Shown here: positions 29,453-37,898 of the stretch, piece after piece | How positions within the stretch are numbered: the first letter of the stretch is position 1 | Layout: every line of letters begins with the position of its first letter | Position numbers and translations under genes: made by a program | Source of the DNA: an uncultured Eubacteriales bacterium | GTDB taxonomy: Bacteria > Acidobacteriota > Aminicenantia > Aminicenantales > Aminicenantaceae | Assembly (NCBI GenBank): GCA_964347035.1 | Contig: CAYFXE010000001.1 | Location: forward strand, 48,228-112,227 | Length of the DNA stretch: 64,000 nucleotides | Direction: 5' to 3' | Notes under the pieces: generated by a model | What the model saw: the letters and a program-made list of their open reading frames with translations, nothing else | Database searches by the model: none | Told to the model about the DNA's origin: nothing

Positions 29453-30820
29453 CTATTTTCCGATGCAGAAACGGCTGAAGATATTCTCGATGATTTCATC
29501 AACCTGGATTTCTCCAGTGAGCTGTCCGATAAGAGGAATGACCTTACGGAGTTCCTCCACATACAGGTCTTCAGGGAAGCCCTCCTCGAGGAGTCGTCGG
29601 CCCTCTTCCAGGTAGCCAAGGATTTCTTCGAGATGAAGCTTCTGACGGAGATGAAGGATGACCTCTTCCTGCTGATCCAGGTTCGGAACGAAATGTTTAT
29701 GGATCATGCCTCTCAGCTTATCCAGGTTTATTCCCTTCAGAGCAGAAATCTCCAGGGAAGGAATGGTCTTTCCCTTACATCTGATGGCCCCTTTGTCCAT
29801 TCTCTGCTTTAAATCCATTTTGTTGAAAAGGAGGAGAAGCTTTTTGTCCTTGTATTCATCCAAGAACTTGAGATCTTCCCTAGACTCTTTGCGGGATAAA
29901 TCAAGCAGAAGGAGCACTCCATCTGACTCTTCAATGAGCTTTTTTCCTCTTTTGATTCCTTCTTTTTCCACAGGATGGGAGGGAGCCGTGATGCCGGCCA
30001 TGTCGATGAGCGTGAACAGGGAATCCTTGATTTTTAAGCTTTCCTGAAGATAATCTCTCGTTGTTCCTGGATAAGGAGTGACAATCGCCCTTTCTTTTTC
30101 GAGAAGGACATTGAACAGGGTAGATTTTCCGACGTTTGGCCTGCCCGTGATGGCTATTGTCAGACCTTCGCTCAAGGTTTTCCCCAAGTTATAGCTTTTG
30201 ATAAGCATTTCTATGCTCTCGACGGTCTTGCGGAGAGTGTTGTGGATCTGTTCTTTGCTCAGCTGCAGATCCTCGTCGGGGAACTCGATGCTGGCCTCGA
30301 TTTGGGATAAGAGTTGGATGATTTTTTTTCTGAAAGCAGATACTTTTTTGGAGAGACTCCCATCAAGCTGCTTGAAAGAAATCTGGGCCTGTTTGAGCGA
30401 AGTTGCCTGGATGAGATCATTGACGGCCTGGGCTTGGAGGATATCGATTCTTCCCCTGAGGTAGGCGCGAAGAGTGAATTCGCCGGGATGGGCATGCCTT
30501 GCTCCAGCCTTGATGCCTAAACGAACGATTTCCTCGAGGATCAAAGGGCTTCCGTGGCAGCTTATTTCGACTACATCCTCTCTGGTGTAAGTATGGGGCT
30601 GAGGGAAGTAGGTCAGGTAGGCTTCTTCGAAAAATTCCTTCTGATCGAAGTTGTACAGATTACCCAACAGGGCGCGATAAGGTTGAATTTGAGTTTTTTG
30701 TTTCTTTGGTTTGAATATTTTTTTAGCTATGGGAAGAGATTTTTTTCCACTCAGCCGTACGATTCCTAAGCCCCCGTATCCGAGTGGTGTCGAGATGGCA
30801 ATGATCGTATCTTCAGCCAT
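29453..30820 (-). CDS. mnmE: tRNA modification GTPase MnmE (TrmE)
   Basis: N-terminal AISTPLGYGGLGIVRLSG, G-domain GRPNVGKST, C-terminal CIGK. Confidence 0.9.
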   Translation of the reverse strand: MAEDTIIAISTPLGYGGLGIVRLSGKKSLPIAKKIFKPKKQKTQIQPYRALLGNLYNFDQKEFFEEAYLTYFPQPHTYTREDVVEISCHGSPLILEEIVRLGIKAGARHAHPGEFTLRAYLRGRIDILQAQAVNDLIQATSLKQAQISFKQLDGSLSKKVSAFRKKIIQLLSQIEASIEFPDEDLQLSKEQIHNTLRKTVESIEMLIKSYNLGKTLSEGLTIAITGRPNVGKSTLFNVLLEKERAIVTPYPGTTRDYLQESLKIKDSLFTLIDMAGITAPSHPVEKEGIKRGKKLIEESDGVLLLLDLSRKESREDLKFLDEYKDKKLLLLFNKMDLKQRMDKGAIRCKGKTIPSLEISALKGINLDKLRGMIHKHFVPNLDQQEEVILHLRQKLHLEEILGYLEEGRRLLEEGFPEDLYVEELRKVIPLIGQLTGEIQVDEIIENIFSRFCIGK

Positions 30821-31150
30821 AGCCTCTATATAATAAATCTTGGACCCGAAAACGTAAAGATCCTGATTTTAGGAGTCAGACTATGTAGTGATGAGTAAGG
30901 ATAGAGTAAAATTTAATGGGTGGATTGACAAGATAACGAGAACTGCTGCTGACTCTTGCAGGTGCATGCTTAAAGAGAGAAATACGACGGTTTATGCGTT
31001 GGGTATTTACAGGAATGAGGAAAAAGCATGAAGGAGGGATTGATCATCATCAAGCTGGGATTAATTATATATAATATATAAAATATATAGAATTACGAGG
31101 ATTAAAATGCCATTTCTTTTTTTAGATTGTAGAGATTGGATGGAGACGAA

Positions 31151-31789
31151 TTACTCCTCAGATTGGTCTTTTTCGGAAAAGATTTTTACTCTCTTTAAGA
31201 ATCCTTCACCCATACTTTCGGTCATAATTCCGGGAAATTGATTGACTGCGATATGAACGATCCGTCTTTCATAGGGATTCATCAGATCGAGAATCTCATT
31301 CTTCCCTGTCTCGTGGACTTGACGGGCCTTTTGCTGAGCGAACTGTCTTAGCTCTCTCTCCTTTCTTTTTCGGTAGAAGTCGCAGTCAGTTTGGACTTTT
31401 TGAGGGGAGATCTTGTTGAGCACGTGTTGAAGAGCCAAAAGAAGGGAGCCGTCTTTTCTCAGCAGGAGATACTTATCCTTCCCTTCGAAAATCAGATAGA
31501 TCATATCGTTTTTTCTTTTGACCTGATACTTGATTTCCAGGGGGAAAAGCGTCAGGAGCTTGTCCAGGAACTCAGAAATTGCGCTTTCTTCTTCTTGTTC
31601 TTTGGGCCAGGCTCGGATAACAATCTCTTTACTCTTCATCCCGAAGAGTTTTGTTTTTTCGGTAACGACCTCATAGTTGAATTGGGAGCGAGGAAGTTTT
31701 AGAGCGTGCTCAGCAGCAGCGATGACTTCTTCTAGATTCCTTCCTTTGAATTCCTGTCCTTCGTTATTTTTTTCGTTTTTTTCTTCCAT
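31151..31789 (-). CDS. jag: Jag/KhpB RNA-binding protein (KH + R3H)
   Basis: C-terminal R3H (NPYERRIVHIAV); sits downstream of yidC. Confidence 0.8.
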   Translation of the reverse strand: MEEKNEKNNEGQEFKGRNLEEVIAAAEHALKLPRSQFNYEVVTEKTKLFGMKSKEIVIRAWPKEQEEESAISEFLDKLLTLFPLEIKYQVKRKNDMIYLIFEGKDKYLLLRKDGSLLLALQHVLNKISPQKVQTDCDFYRKRKERELRQFAQQKARQVHETGKNEILDLMNPYERRIVHIAVNQFPGIMTESMGEGFLKRVKIFSEKDQSEE

Positions 31790-33425
31790 GCGTTTCTCGC
31801 TTTTTCTTTTGCTTGAGGCGATTCATGATGTACTGTTGTGCGATTTGGAGAACGTTATTGGTCAGCCAGTAGAGGACAAGGCCGCTCTGGAAATTCATAA
31901 AAAAGATGGTCATGATGACCGGCATGATGAGCATCATTTTTTGCTGAGTGGGATCAGCCGTGGTGGGGGTCATTTTTTGGCTGATAAATTGGGTGATACC
32001 CATAAGGATCGGTGTCACATAGAAAGGATCCTTAACCGAGAGATCCTTTATCCAAAAAATAAAGGGACTATGTCTAAATTCAATCGATACAATTAGAAGC
32101 CGGAAAAATCCCCAAAAAATAGGGATTTGGACGAGGATAGGCAAACAGCCTCCGGCCGGATTGATACCGTGCTCCTTGTAGAGCTTCATCATTTCCTCGT
32201 TCATCTTGCGTCTCTGAGCGATGTCCTGTTTGGCCTTCTTGTATTTCGCTCTCAAGGCTTTGATCTTTGGCTGTAATTCCTGCATTTTGGCCATGGACTT
32301 TGTACTGCTGTATGTGAGGGGAAAGAAAAGGATTTTTATAATCAGGGTCAGGATGATGATGCTGAAGCCCCAATTGGGGATGACACTATAGATCGCTTTT
32401 ATGGCTTTCAGAAGAATCTGGGCGATCCAGCCGAAAAAGCCAAATCGAATCAGATTCTTAGTCCCCGAGCCAAATTCACTCAGGGCATCATATTCCTTTG
32501 GCCCTATATAGGCTTTCTGGGCATAGGAGAGAGTGAGGAAAAAGTAGGGTAGTTGGTCTTTTTCCTTTCTGAGGAAAGCGGCACTCGATTTCTGGGAATC
32601 CGCCAAGAAAAGAGCCGTAAAGTAGTTGTCCTCGTAAGCCGCCCAGTGGACAAAATTGAAGAGGCTTCGTTCTGGTTTATATTTCCTCTCCTCGTTTCGA
32701 TGGATTTTATCCGCGGTGAAAACGGCAACCCCTCTAGATCCTCCGAACCGCCTTTTCTCATCCTGCGGAGTTGGGTTTCCAAGGCTTGGCCCCCATAGGA
32801 GACGAGGATCGATTTTTTGACCTTTCTTCCAAACGCTGATGCTGACATCAAACGTGTATTTTCCTCCCTGGAAAAAGAAAGTCTTTTCGACACGGTTTCC
32901 CTCCTCATCGGCATACTGGAAACGGAGCTCACCTTCTTGGTTCTCCTTCAATTCGACCTTCGGATTGGAAAATGTGTACAGGACGCTGTTGATGGAGGCA
33001 TCGAAAGTCGGATCATCGGTGTGTAAAGCGAAGGGATAGGTACTGATTTCTTCGGATCGTAAGGAGATCATCTCAAAATCTTCCTTGTTTTCATCTTTGT
33101 ACTTTTTGAGCCTCCAGCTTTTAAGGACAGCCCCTTTATTGCTCCAGATTGCCTGATACAGAGGCGAGTCGATGAGAATCTGCTCTTCAACTGTTCCTGA
33201 AGTGGGTTCAGTGATGAGTTCTTCTTTACGAGGCTCTTCCGGCTGCGAGACAAGCGGGGAGGGAATCTGGCTTTTGGTGGAGGGCTCTGGAACTGGTTTT
33301 TTTTCGATGTCCTGAATTTGTTCAGAGATTTTCTCCTGGGGAGGAGGCTTCTTCACGAAAAGAATTTGATAGAGTACCAGGACTAGAAAGGAAAGCACGA
33401 TGGCCAATAATAGTCTTTTTTCCAT
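31764..33425 (-). CDS. yidC: Membrane protein insertase YidC
   Basis: Large periplasmic domain plus conserved C-terminal five-TM core, ending in a basic tail. Start chosen at MEKRLLLAIVLSF (33425). Confidence 0.85.
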   Translation of the reverse strand: MEKRLLLAIVLSFLVLVLYQILFVKKPPPQEKISEQIQDIEKKPVPEPSTKSQIPSPLVSQPEEPRKEELITEPTSGTVEEQILIDSPLYQAIWSNKGAVLKSWRLKKYKDENKEDFEMISLRSEEISTYPFALHTDDPTFDASINSVLYTFSNPKVELKENQEGELRFQYADEEGNRVEKTFFFQGGKYTFDVSISVWKKGQKIDPRLLWGPSLGNPTPQDEKRRFGGSRGVAVFTADKIHRNEERKYKPERSLFNFVHWAAYEDNYFTALFLADSQKSSAAFLRKEKDQLPYFFLTLSYAQKAYIGPKEYDALSEFGSGTKNLIRFGFFGWIAQILLKAIKAIYSVIPNWGFSIIILTLIIKILFFPLTYSSTKSMAKMQELQPKIKALRAKYKKAKQDIAQRRKMNEEMMKLYKEHGINPAGGCLPILVQIPIFWGFFRLLIVSIEFRHSPFIFWIKDLSVKDPFYVTPILMGITQFISQKMTPTTADPTQQKMMLIMPVIMTIFFMNFQSGLVLYWLTNNVLQIAQQYIMNRLKQKKKRETHGRKKRKK

Positions 33426-33436
33426 ACGAAAATCCT

Positions 33437-33646
33437 TCAAGGAACTGGGTCGATTCCTCCTGGATGGAGGGGATGACATTTAAGAAGCCTTTTGCTTCCG
33501 AGGAATGTTCCTTTTAAGAACCCATATTTTTCGATGGCTTCATACGTGTAGACGGAGCAAGAAGGATGGAAACGACAGCAATCGCCAACAAAAGGCGAGA
33601 TGACTTTTTGGTAAAGTCTAAGCAGGATTAAGGCGATGTATCTCAT
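33437..33646 (-). CDS. yidD: Membrane protein insertion efficiency factor YidD
   Basis: 69 aa with the characteristic CRFHPSCS...HPGG motif. Confidence 0.85.
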   Translation of the reverse strand: MRYIALILLRLYQKVISPFVGDCCRFHPSCSVYTYEAIEKYGFLKGTFLGSKRLLKCHPLHPGGIDPVP

Positions 33647-33999
33647 GGAGTCTGATTACTCTGTCTGATCGAATCAACGGCTGCGAGGTATTCTTTATGT
33701 AGATCTGACAGCGAAAGGCCGAGAATCTTTTTGTTGGGAATAATAATCATATCCACATGAACGTTGAGCAATTTTTTATTCTGTCGGAAAAGAGCCCTCA
33801 TGTTTCTTTTAATCTTGTTCCTCTCGACAGCGTTTCCAACTTTCCGGCTCACGACGATAGCCAAGCGAGAGAAGCTAAGGTTGTTGGAGATATAAATCAG
33901 ATTGAATGCCTTGCCTCTGTGGCGCTTGCCGTCTTTATAGATTAGTAAAAAATCCTTTTTCTTTCTTATCCTCTCACGAGGACTGAGAGTTTCATCCAT
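33643..33999 (-). CDS. rnpA: RNase P protein component
   Basis: Basic ~118 aa protein ([24 protein letters not shown]). Its ATG overlaps the rpmH stop (ATGA). Confidence 0.85.
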   Translation of the reverse strand: MDETLSPRERIRKKKDFLLIYKDGKRHRGKAFNLIYISNNLSFSRLAIVVSRKVGNAVERNKIKRNMRALFRQNKKLLNVHVDMIIIPNKKILGLSLSDLHKEYLAAVDSIRQSNQTP

Positions 34000-34133
34000 C
34001 AAGCGGAGAGTCTTTTTCTTCCTTTTTGTCTGCGGTGACTGATGATGTGCTGCCCACCTTTAGTTCTCATCCGGACCAGAAAGCCATGGGTCTTCTTCCT
34101 TTTCCTTTTGTTGGGTTGAAATGTTCTTTTCAT
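33999..34133 (-). CDS. rpmH: 50S ribosomal protein L34
   Basis: Hand-translated: [44 protein letters not shown] (44 aa). Missing from the ORF track because it is under 60 aa. Confidence 0.9.
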   Translation of the reverse strand: MKRTFQPNKRKRKKTHGFLVRMRTKGGQHIISHRRQKGRKRLSA

Positions 34134-34224
34134 GGCGCCTTCGAGTTTCTCAAGAATGAAAGAGTATGTTAATAAACCTGTGGGCTTCTGTCAAGCGGAT
34201 AGGAAGAATGACCCAATCTTCTGT

Positions 34225-34253
34225 TTGACTCTTTTTAAGGATTTGATTATAAT
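34225..34253 (+). promoter_or_regulatory. Sigma-70 promoter TTGACT-17-TATAAT, placed so that the carD-like mRNA would be leaderless
   Basis: The -35 lies at 34225..34230 and a perfect -10 at 34248..34253. The ATG of the downstream gene is at 34262 with no Shine-Dalgarno sequence. Confidence 0.55.
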
Positions 34254-34261
34254 TATTTTCA

Positions 34262-34780
34262 ATGGATCTATTCAAGATTGGCGATAAAGTCATTTATCCC
34301 AATCAGGGGCTGGGTGTTGTCGAGGATATTCAAAACGAGAACTACTACGGGGAAAACTTTATAATCTACCACGTCAGAATCATAGCCAATAATACTCTGG
34401 TCCTCGTCCCCTCTTCCACGGCCATTGAGATCGGCATCCGGAAGCCTATCGAAGAGAATGACGTTGAGGAGATATTCGATTTCATGAAAAACGGCCGGGT
34501 GGATGTGACGATGAACTGGAAAGGGCGCTACAAGGAACATCTCGATCTTATGAAAACGGGATCGATCCTTGATATGGCGCTTGTTTTAAAGAGCCTCTAC
34601 TATCTTAATCTCATAAAGCCTCTTTCTTTCCGTGAGAAAAAAATGATGGAGAAGGCAAAGGATCTTATCGTGACTGAGATATCAGAGGTCGCCTCGATGC
34701 CTTCCACGAAGATTGAAGATAAGCTTTTCGAGACCCTATCTTTCTGCTTCAAAGATATTCAGTCGCGGATGGATTCCTAA
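34262..34780 (+). CDS. CarD/CdnL family RNA-polymerase-binding transcription factor
   Basis: N-terminus MDLFKIGDKVIYPNQGLGVVEDI matches the CarD_CdnL_TRCF RNAP-interaction domain; 172 aa. Confidence 0.75.
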   Translation: MDLFKIGDKVIYPNQGLGVVEDIQNENYYGENFIIYHVRIIANNTLVLVPSSTAIEIGIRKPIEENDVEEIFDFMKNGRVDVTMNWKGRYKEHLDLMKTGSILDMALVLKSLYYLNLIKPLSFREKKMMEKAKDLIVTEISEVASMPSTKIEDKLFETLSFCFKDIQSRMDS

Positions 34781-34791
34781 CTTTCAATATA

Positions 34792-36072
34792 ATGCTGCTT
34801 CCAGCCCTTATCCTGTTTTTTCTTTTCCTTCTGCTCAGCGCCTTTTTTTCCTCCTCAGAAACAGCCTTTGTGGCCTCTAATCCTTACAAGCTGCACTACT
34901 TAGAGGAGAAGGGCTCCAGGAAGGCCAAGCTCGTTCAAAAAATGTTGAAGAGAGTGGACAATCTGCTGGCGACGATACTCATCGGCAACACACTGGTTAA
35001 CACCGCAGCCGCCTCAGTCGCGACGTTCATCTTCGTTTCCTTCATCGAAGACAAGAACAAGGCGGTCTTGTTGGCCACGGTCGTCTCGACATTCTTGATT
35101 CTTCTTATTTCTGAGGTCACTCCCAAATCCTACACAGCTTACAATCCTCTCAAGGTGTCATTCCTGTTTGTTCGGCCTATCCGGATGTTTATTATCTTCT
35201 TCTACCCGTTGGTCCAGTTGTTCACGTTACTCAACCGCTTGATTTTCCCTTCCTCAAGAAAGCAGTTATTAGGGCTTTCGCGGACTCTTGACGAGGAAGA
35301 AATCAAGGTCTTGCTGGCCACTAGGATCAAAGGACTCTCATCGTTCCGAAGGAAGATGATTTCTGGAGCTTTGGAGATTGGATCGCGGCCGATAAGAGAA
35401 ATCATGATTCCCCGCCCCCAAGTTAGAGCGATAGAGAAGGATTCGTCTTTGAAGGCGATATTGGAGATTGTACTCTCGGCAGGTTTCTCCAGGTTCCCTG
35501 TTTACAAAGGAAGGATGGATAATGTGGAAGGCTTCATCCACGCCAAGGATATTATTCCTTATCTTATTGATAATAAAGAATTTAATATAGAAACCCTTCT
35601 TAGAGAACCCTTCTTTGTCCCCGAGACAGCCTCCTTGGAAAAGGTTTTGCTCCAGATGCAGGAGAAGGCCGTCCATTTTGCTTTCGTCGTCGACGAATTC
35701 GGGAACATGGAAGGCATCGTGACTCTTGAGGACATAATTGAGGAGATCATCGGAGAAATCCAAGATGAATATGATGCCGAAGTTGAAGAGTGGATTAACC
35801 AATTGGAAGGGAGCATTTATGTGGTTAAAGGCATAGCCTCGATTAAGCAGGTGAATGCAAGATTGGGCCTCGACTTACCTGAAAAAACCGAGTACACGAC
35901 TTTGGCGGGATTTTTTTTGTATGAATTCGGGAAGATCCCTCAAGATGGCGATGTTTTAGAATATAGAGGCCATAAACTTAGAGTCGAAAGGATGACTAAA
36001 AGACATATCAGTCTGCTCCGTATTGATATAAAAGAGAAGGATGAGGAAATAAAAGATGAAGGTCATCGCTAA
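34792..36072 (+). CDS. CNNM/CorC-family membrane protein (DUF21 + CBS pair + CorC_HlyC)
   Basis: N-terminal 4-TM DUF21 domain, tandem CBS domains and a C-terminal CorC/HlyC domain. Confidence 0.8.
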   Translation: MLLPALILFFLFLLLSAFFSSSETAFVASNPYKLHYLEEKGSRKAKLVQKMLKRVDNLLATILIGNTLVNTAAASVATFIFVSFIEDKNKAVLLATVVSTFLILLISEVTPKSYTAYNPLKVSFLFVRPIRMFIIFFYPLVQLFTLLNRLIFPSSRKQLLGLSRTLDEEEIKVLLATRIKGLSSFRRKMISGALEIGSRPIREIMIPRPQVRAIEKDSSLKAILEIVLSAGFSRFPVYKGRMDNVEGFIHAKDIIPYLIDNKEFNIETLLREPFFVPETASLEKVLLQMQEKAVHFAFVVDEFGNMEGIVTLEDIIEEIIGEIQDEYDAEVEEWINQLEGSIYVVKGIASIKQVNARLGLDLPEKTEYTTLAGFFLYEFGKIPQDGDVLEYRGHKLRVERMTKRHISLLRIDIKEKDEEIKDEGHR

Positions 36073-36505
36073 AAATAAAAAAGCATACTTTAACTACGAA
36101 ATACTGGAAAGCATAGAAGCGGGCATTTCTCTAGTGGGAAGTGAGGTCAAATCGATCAGAGAGGGCAGGATCAGTCTGAAAGAGAGTTACGCCGAAATCA
36201 AGGAGGGAGAAGTCTTTCTCCTCAATTGTCATATCAGTCCCTACGAGGCCTCCAATCGCTTTAATCACGAACCTTTAAGGCAGCGGAAGCTTCTTCTCCA
36301 CCGCCGAGAGATCAAACGCCTGACGGGCAAGGTCAAGGAAAAAGGATTAACCTTCATCCCAACGAAAGTGATGATCAACGACAGGGGAAAGATCAAGGTG
36401 GAAATTTCTCTGGCCAAAGGGAAGAGAGCTTACCAAAAAAGGGAGGTCATTCGAGAGAGAGACCGCGAGAGAGAAATGAGGGCTGAGCTAAAGAAATGGA
36501 GATAG
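36056..36505 (+). CDS. smpB: SsrA-binding protein SmpB
   Basis: KVIAKNKKAYFNYEILE...GSEVKS... motif pattern, 149 aa. Confidence 0.9.
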   Translation: MKVIAKNKKAYFNYEILESIEAGISLVGSEVKSIREGRISLKESYAEIKEGEVFLLNCHISPYEASNRFNHEPLRQRKLLLHRREIKRLTGKVKEKGLTFIPTKVMINDRGKIKVEISLAKGKRAYQKREVIRERDREREMRAELKKWR

Positions 36506-37465
36506 CCTGTAAGCCAATTCTATGGCTTTGGTAAGGCTCTGAGGATTGGCCTTGTTTTGACCGGCGATATCAAATGCGGTCCCATGGTCAGGGGAAGTTC
36601 GAATAAAAGGTAAACCCAAGGTTAAATTCACTCCTTGCTCGAAAGAAACCAGCTTGAATGGGATGAGTCCCTGATCGTGATAAAGGGCGATAACGATTTT
36701 ATCTGGGTGATTTAGAGCCTGCCGAAAGACAATATCAGGAGGAAAGGGGCCGCTGATATTCACTCCCTCTTTCCGAGCCTGTTCGATAGCTGGATAAATC
36801 TCGTCCTTTTCTTCAGCACCCATAAGTCCTCCTTCCCCGGCATGTGGGTTCAAACCAGAGACCAGGAATTGAAATCCATCGGGTTGAAATTTTTTCGTAT
36901 CTTGCTCAAGACGGATGAAAAAACCAAGAAGATCGTCCTTTTTTATTCCTTGAATGGATTCCTTCAGCGAAAGGTGATGAGTATAGAGAGCAACCTTGAG
37001 TTTGTCTGACCAGAATGACATGATGGCTTGAGGATATATTTGGCTTAGATAATCTGTATGGCCTGACCACGGTATCCCAGCCATCTCCCAGGATTTTTTT
37101 GATATGGGTGCTGTCACCAGGGCCTGGATTATCCCTTTTTTGGCCTGTTCGTGAGCGTGTTCGAGGAAGAGAAATGAGGCCTGTCCGTTTGGTTTGGAAG
37201 GAGCTCCGCTTCTTATTATTCTGAGCGATGAGGTCACTTCCCAGAGGGATATCCGCGGGAGATGGTCAATCTTGTCTTCGACGAGAGGAGGGATTTCGAG
37301 GTTTAAGCCCAGCCTTTTTACTTCTTTCTCCAACACAATAGAGGAGCCGAAGATGATATAGTGAGCTTTGGGTAAAAGATTTTCAGAGGTGAATGCCTTG
37401 AGGATGATTTCAGGTCCGATTCCCCCGGGATCCCCAAGAGTAATCCCGATCTTGGGAAGGCTCAT
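36488..37465 (-). CDS. pdxA: 4-hydroxythreonine-4-phosphate dehydrogenase
   Basis: IGITLGDPGGIGPEI and HTDYL motifs, 325 aa. Confidence 0.85.
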   Translation of the reverse strand: MSLPKIGITLGDPGGIGPEIILKAFTSENLLPKAHYIIFGSSIVLEKEVKRLGLNLEIPPLVEDKIDHLPRISLWEVTSSLRIIRSGAPSKPNGQASFLFLEHAHEQAKKGIIQALVTAPISKKSWEMAGIPWSGHTDYLSQIYPQAIMSFWSDKLKVALYTHHLSLKESIQGIKKDDLLGFFIRLEQDTKKFQPDGFQFLVSGLNPHAGEGGLMGAEEKDEIYPAIEQARKEGVNISGPFPPDIVFRQALNHPDKIVIALYHDQGLIPFKLVSFEQGVNLTLGLPFIRTSPDHGTAFDIAGQNKANPQSLTKAIELAYRLSPFL

Positions 37466-37800
37466 TTTTTCTTCTTTTTGATGGGGGATGGAGTGTCCTG
37501 GGATTCTTTTTTTTCGTCGAGTTTATACAGATACTTTATGTTATTTTTGAAGATCAGAAGATTCGGCTCATGGTCTCGGTTGAGTTTTACGCAATTTCTA
37601 TCATACCACTCGATATATCCTTCGATTTCTTCGCCATCGGAAAGGACGACAGCCATATGCGTTTTTTTATTCATCTGTTTGAGATAATAATAATTCTCAG
37701 CGTGGGTTTCCGAAGGAGGATGGGACTTCTTTTTGGCTGTTTCACGGCTCATCTTTTCCTTAATTTCAGAAAGATTGGGTCTTATAAGTTTCCTGTTCAT
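37462..37800 (-). CDS. Hfq-like Sm-fold protein with a lysine-rich tail
   Basis: Sm1-like segment HMAVVLSDGEEIEGYIEWYDRNCVKL and Sm2-like IFKNNIKYL (compare Hfq YKHAI), with a C-terminal KKKKK tail. Overlaps the pdxA start by 4 bp. The actual start may be an internal Met. Confidence 0.45.
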   Translation of the reverse strand: MNRKLIRPNLSEIKEKMSRETAKKKSHPPSETHAENYYYLKQMNKKTHMAVVLSDGEEIEGYIEWYDRNCVKLNRDHEPNLLIFKNNIKYLYKLDEKKESQDTPSPIKKKKK

Positions 37801-37898
37801 AATACTCTCCCAGGTTATAGGCTGTTAGAAAATTGGAGCTTATATTTGATAAATATACTACCACGTTTCATTTTAAAATTCAAGAGTTAAGCGCCTCC

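Noticed and set aside
30821-31150. AT-rich 330 bp intergenic region between jag and mnmE, with a ttatatataatatataaaatatatag tract; considered as oriC / DNA unwinding element
   Set aside because: No convincing DnaA boxes (TTATCCACA within 1-2 mismatches) were found by eye, and dnaA is not in the window. It is more likely just the mnmE promoter region. It needs a proper motif scan plus GC-skew.
34164-34194. Candidate rpmH promoter (TTGACA on the minus strand at 34194..34189)
   Set aside because: Only poor -10 candidates (TAACAT/TATTAA) at acceptable spacing; not reportable with confidence.
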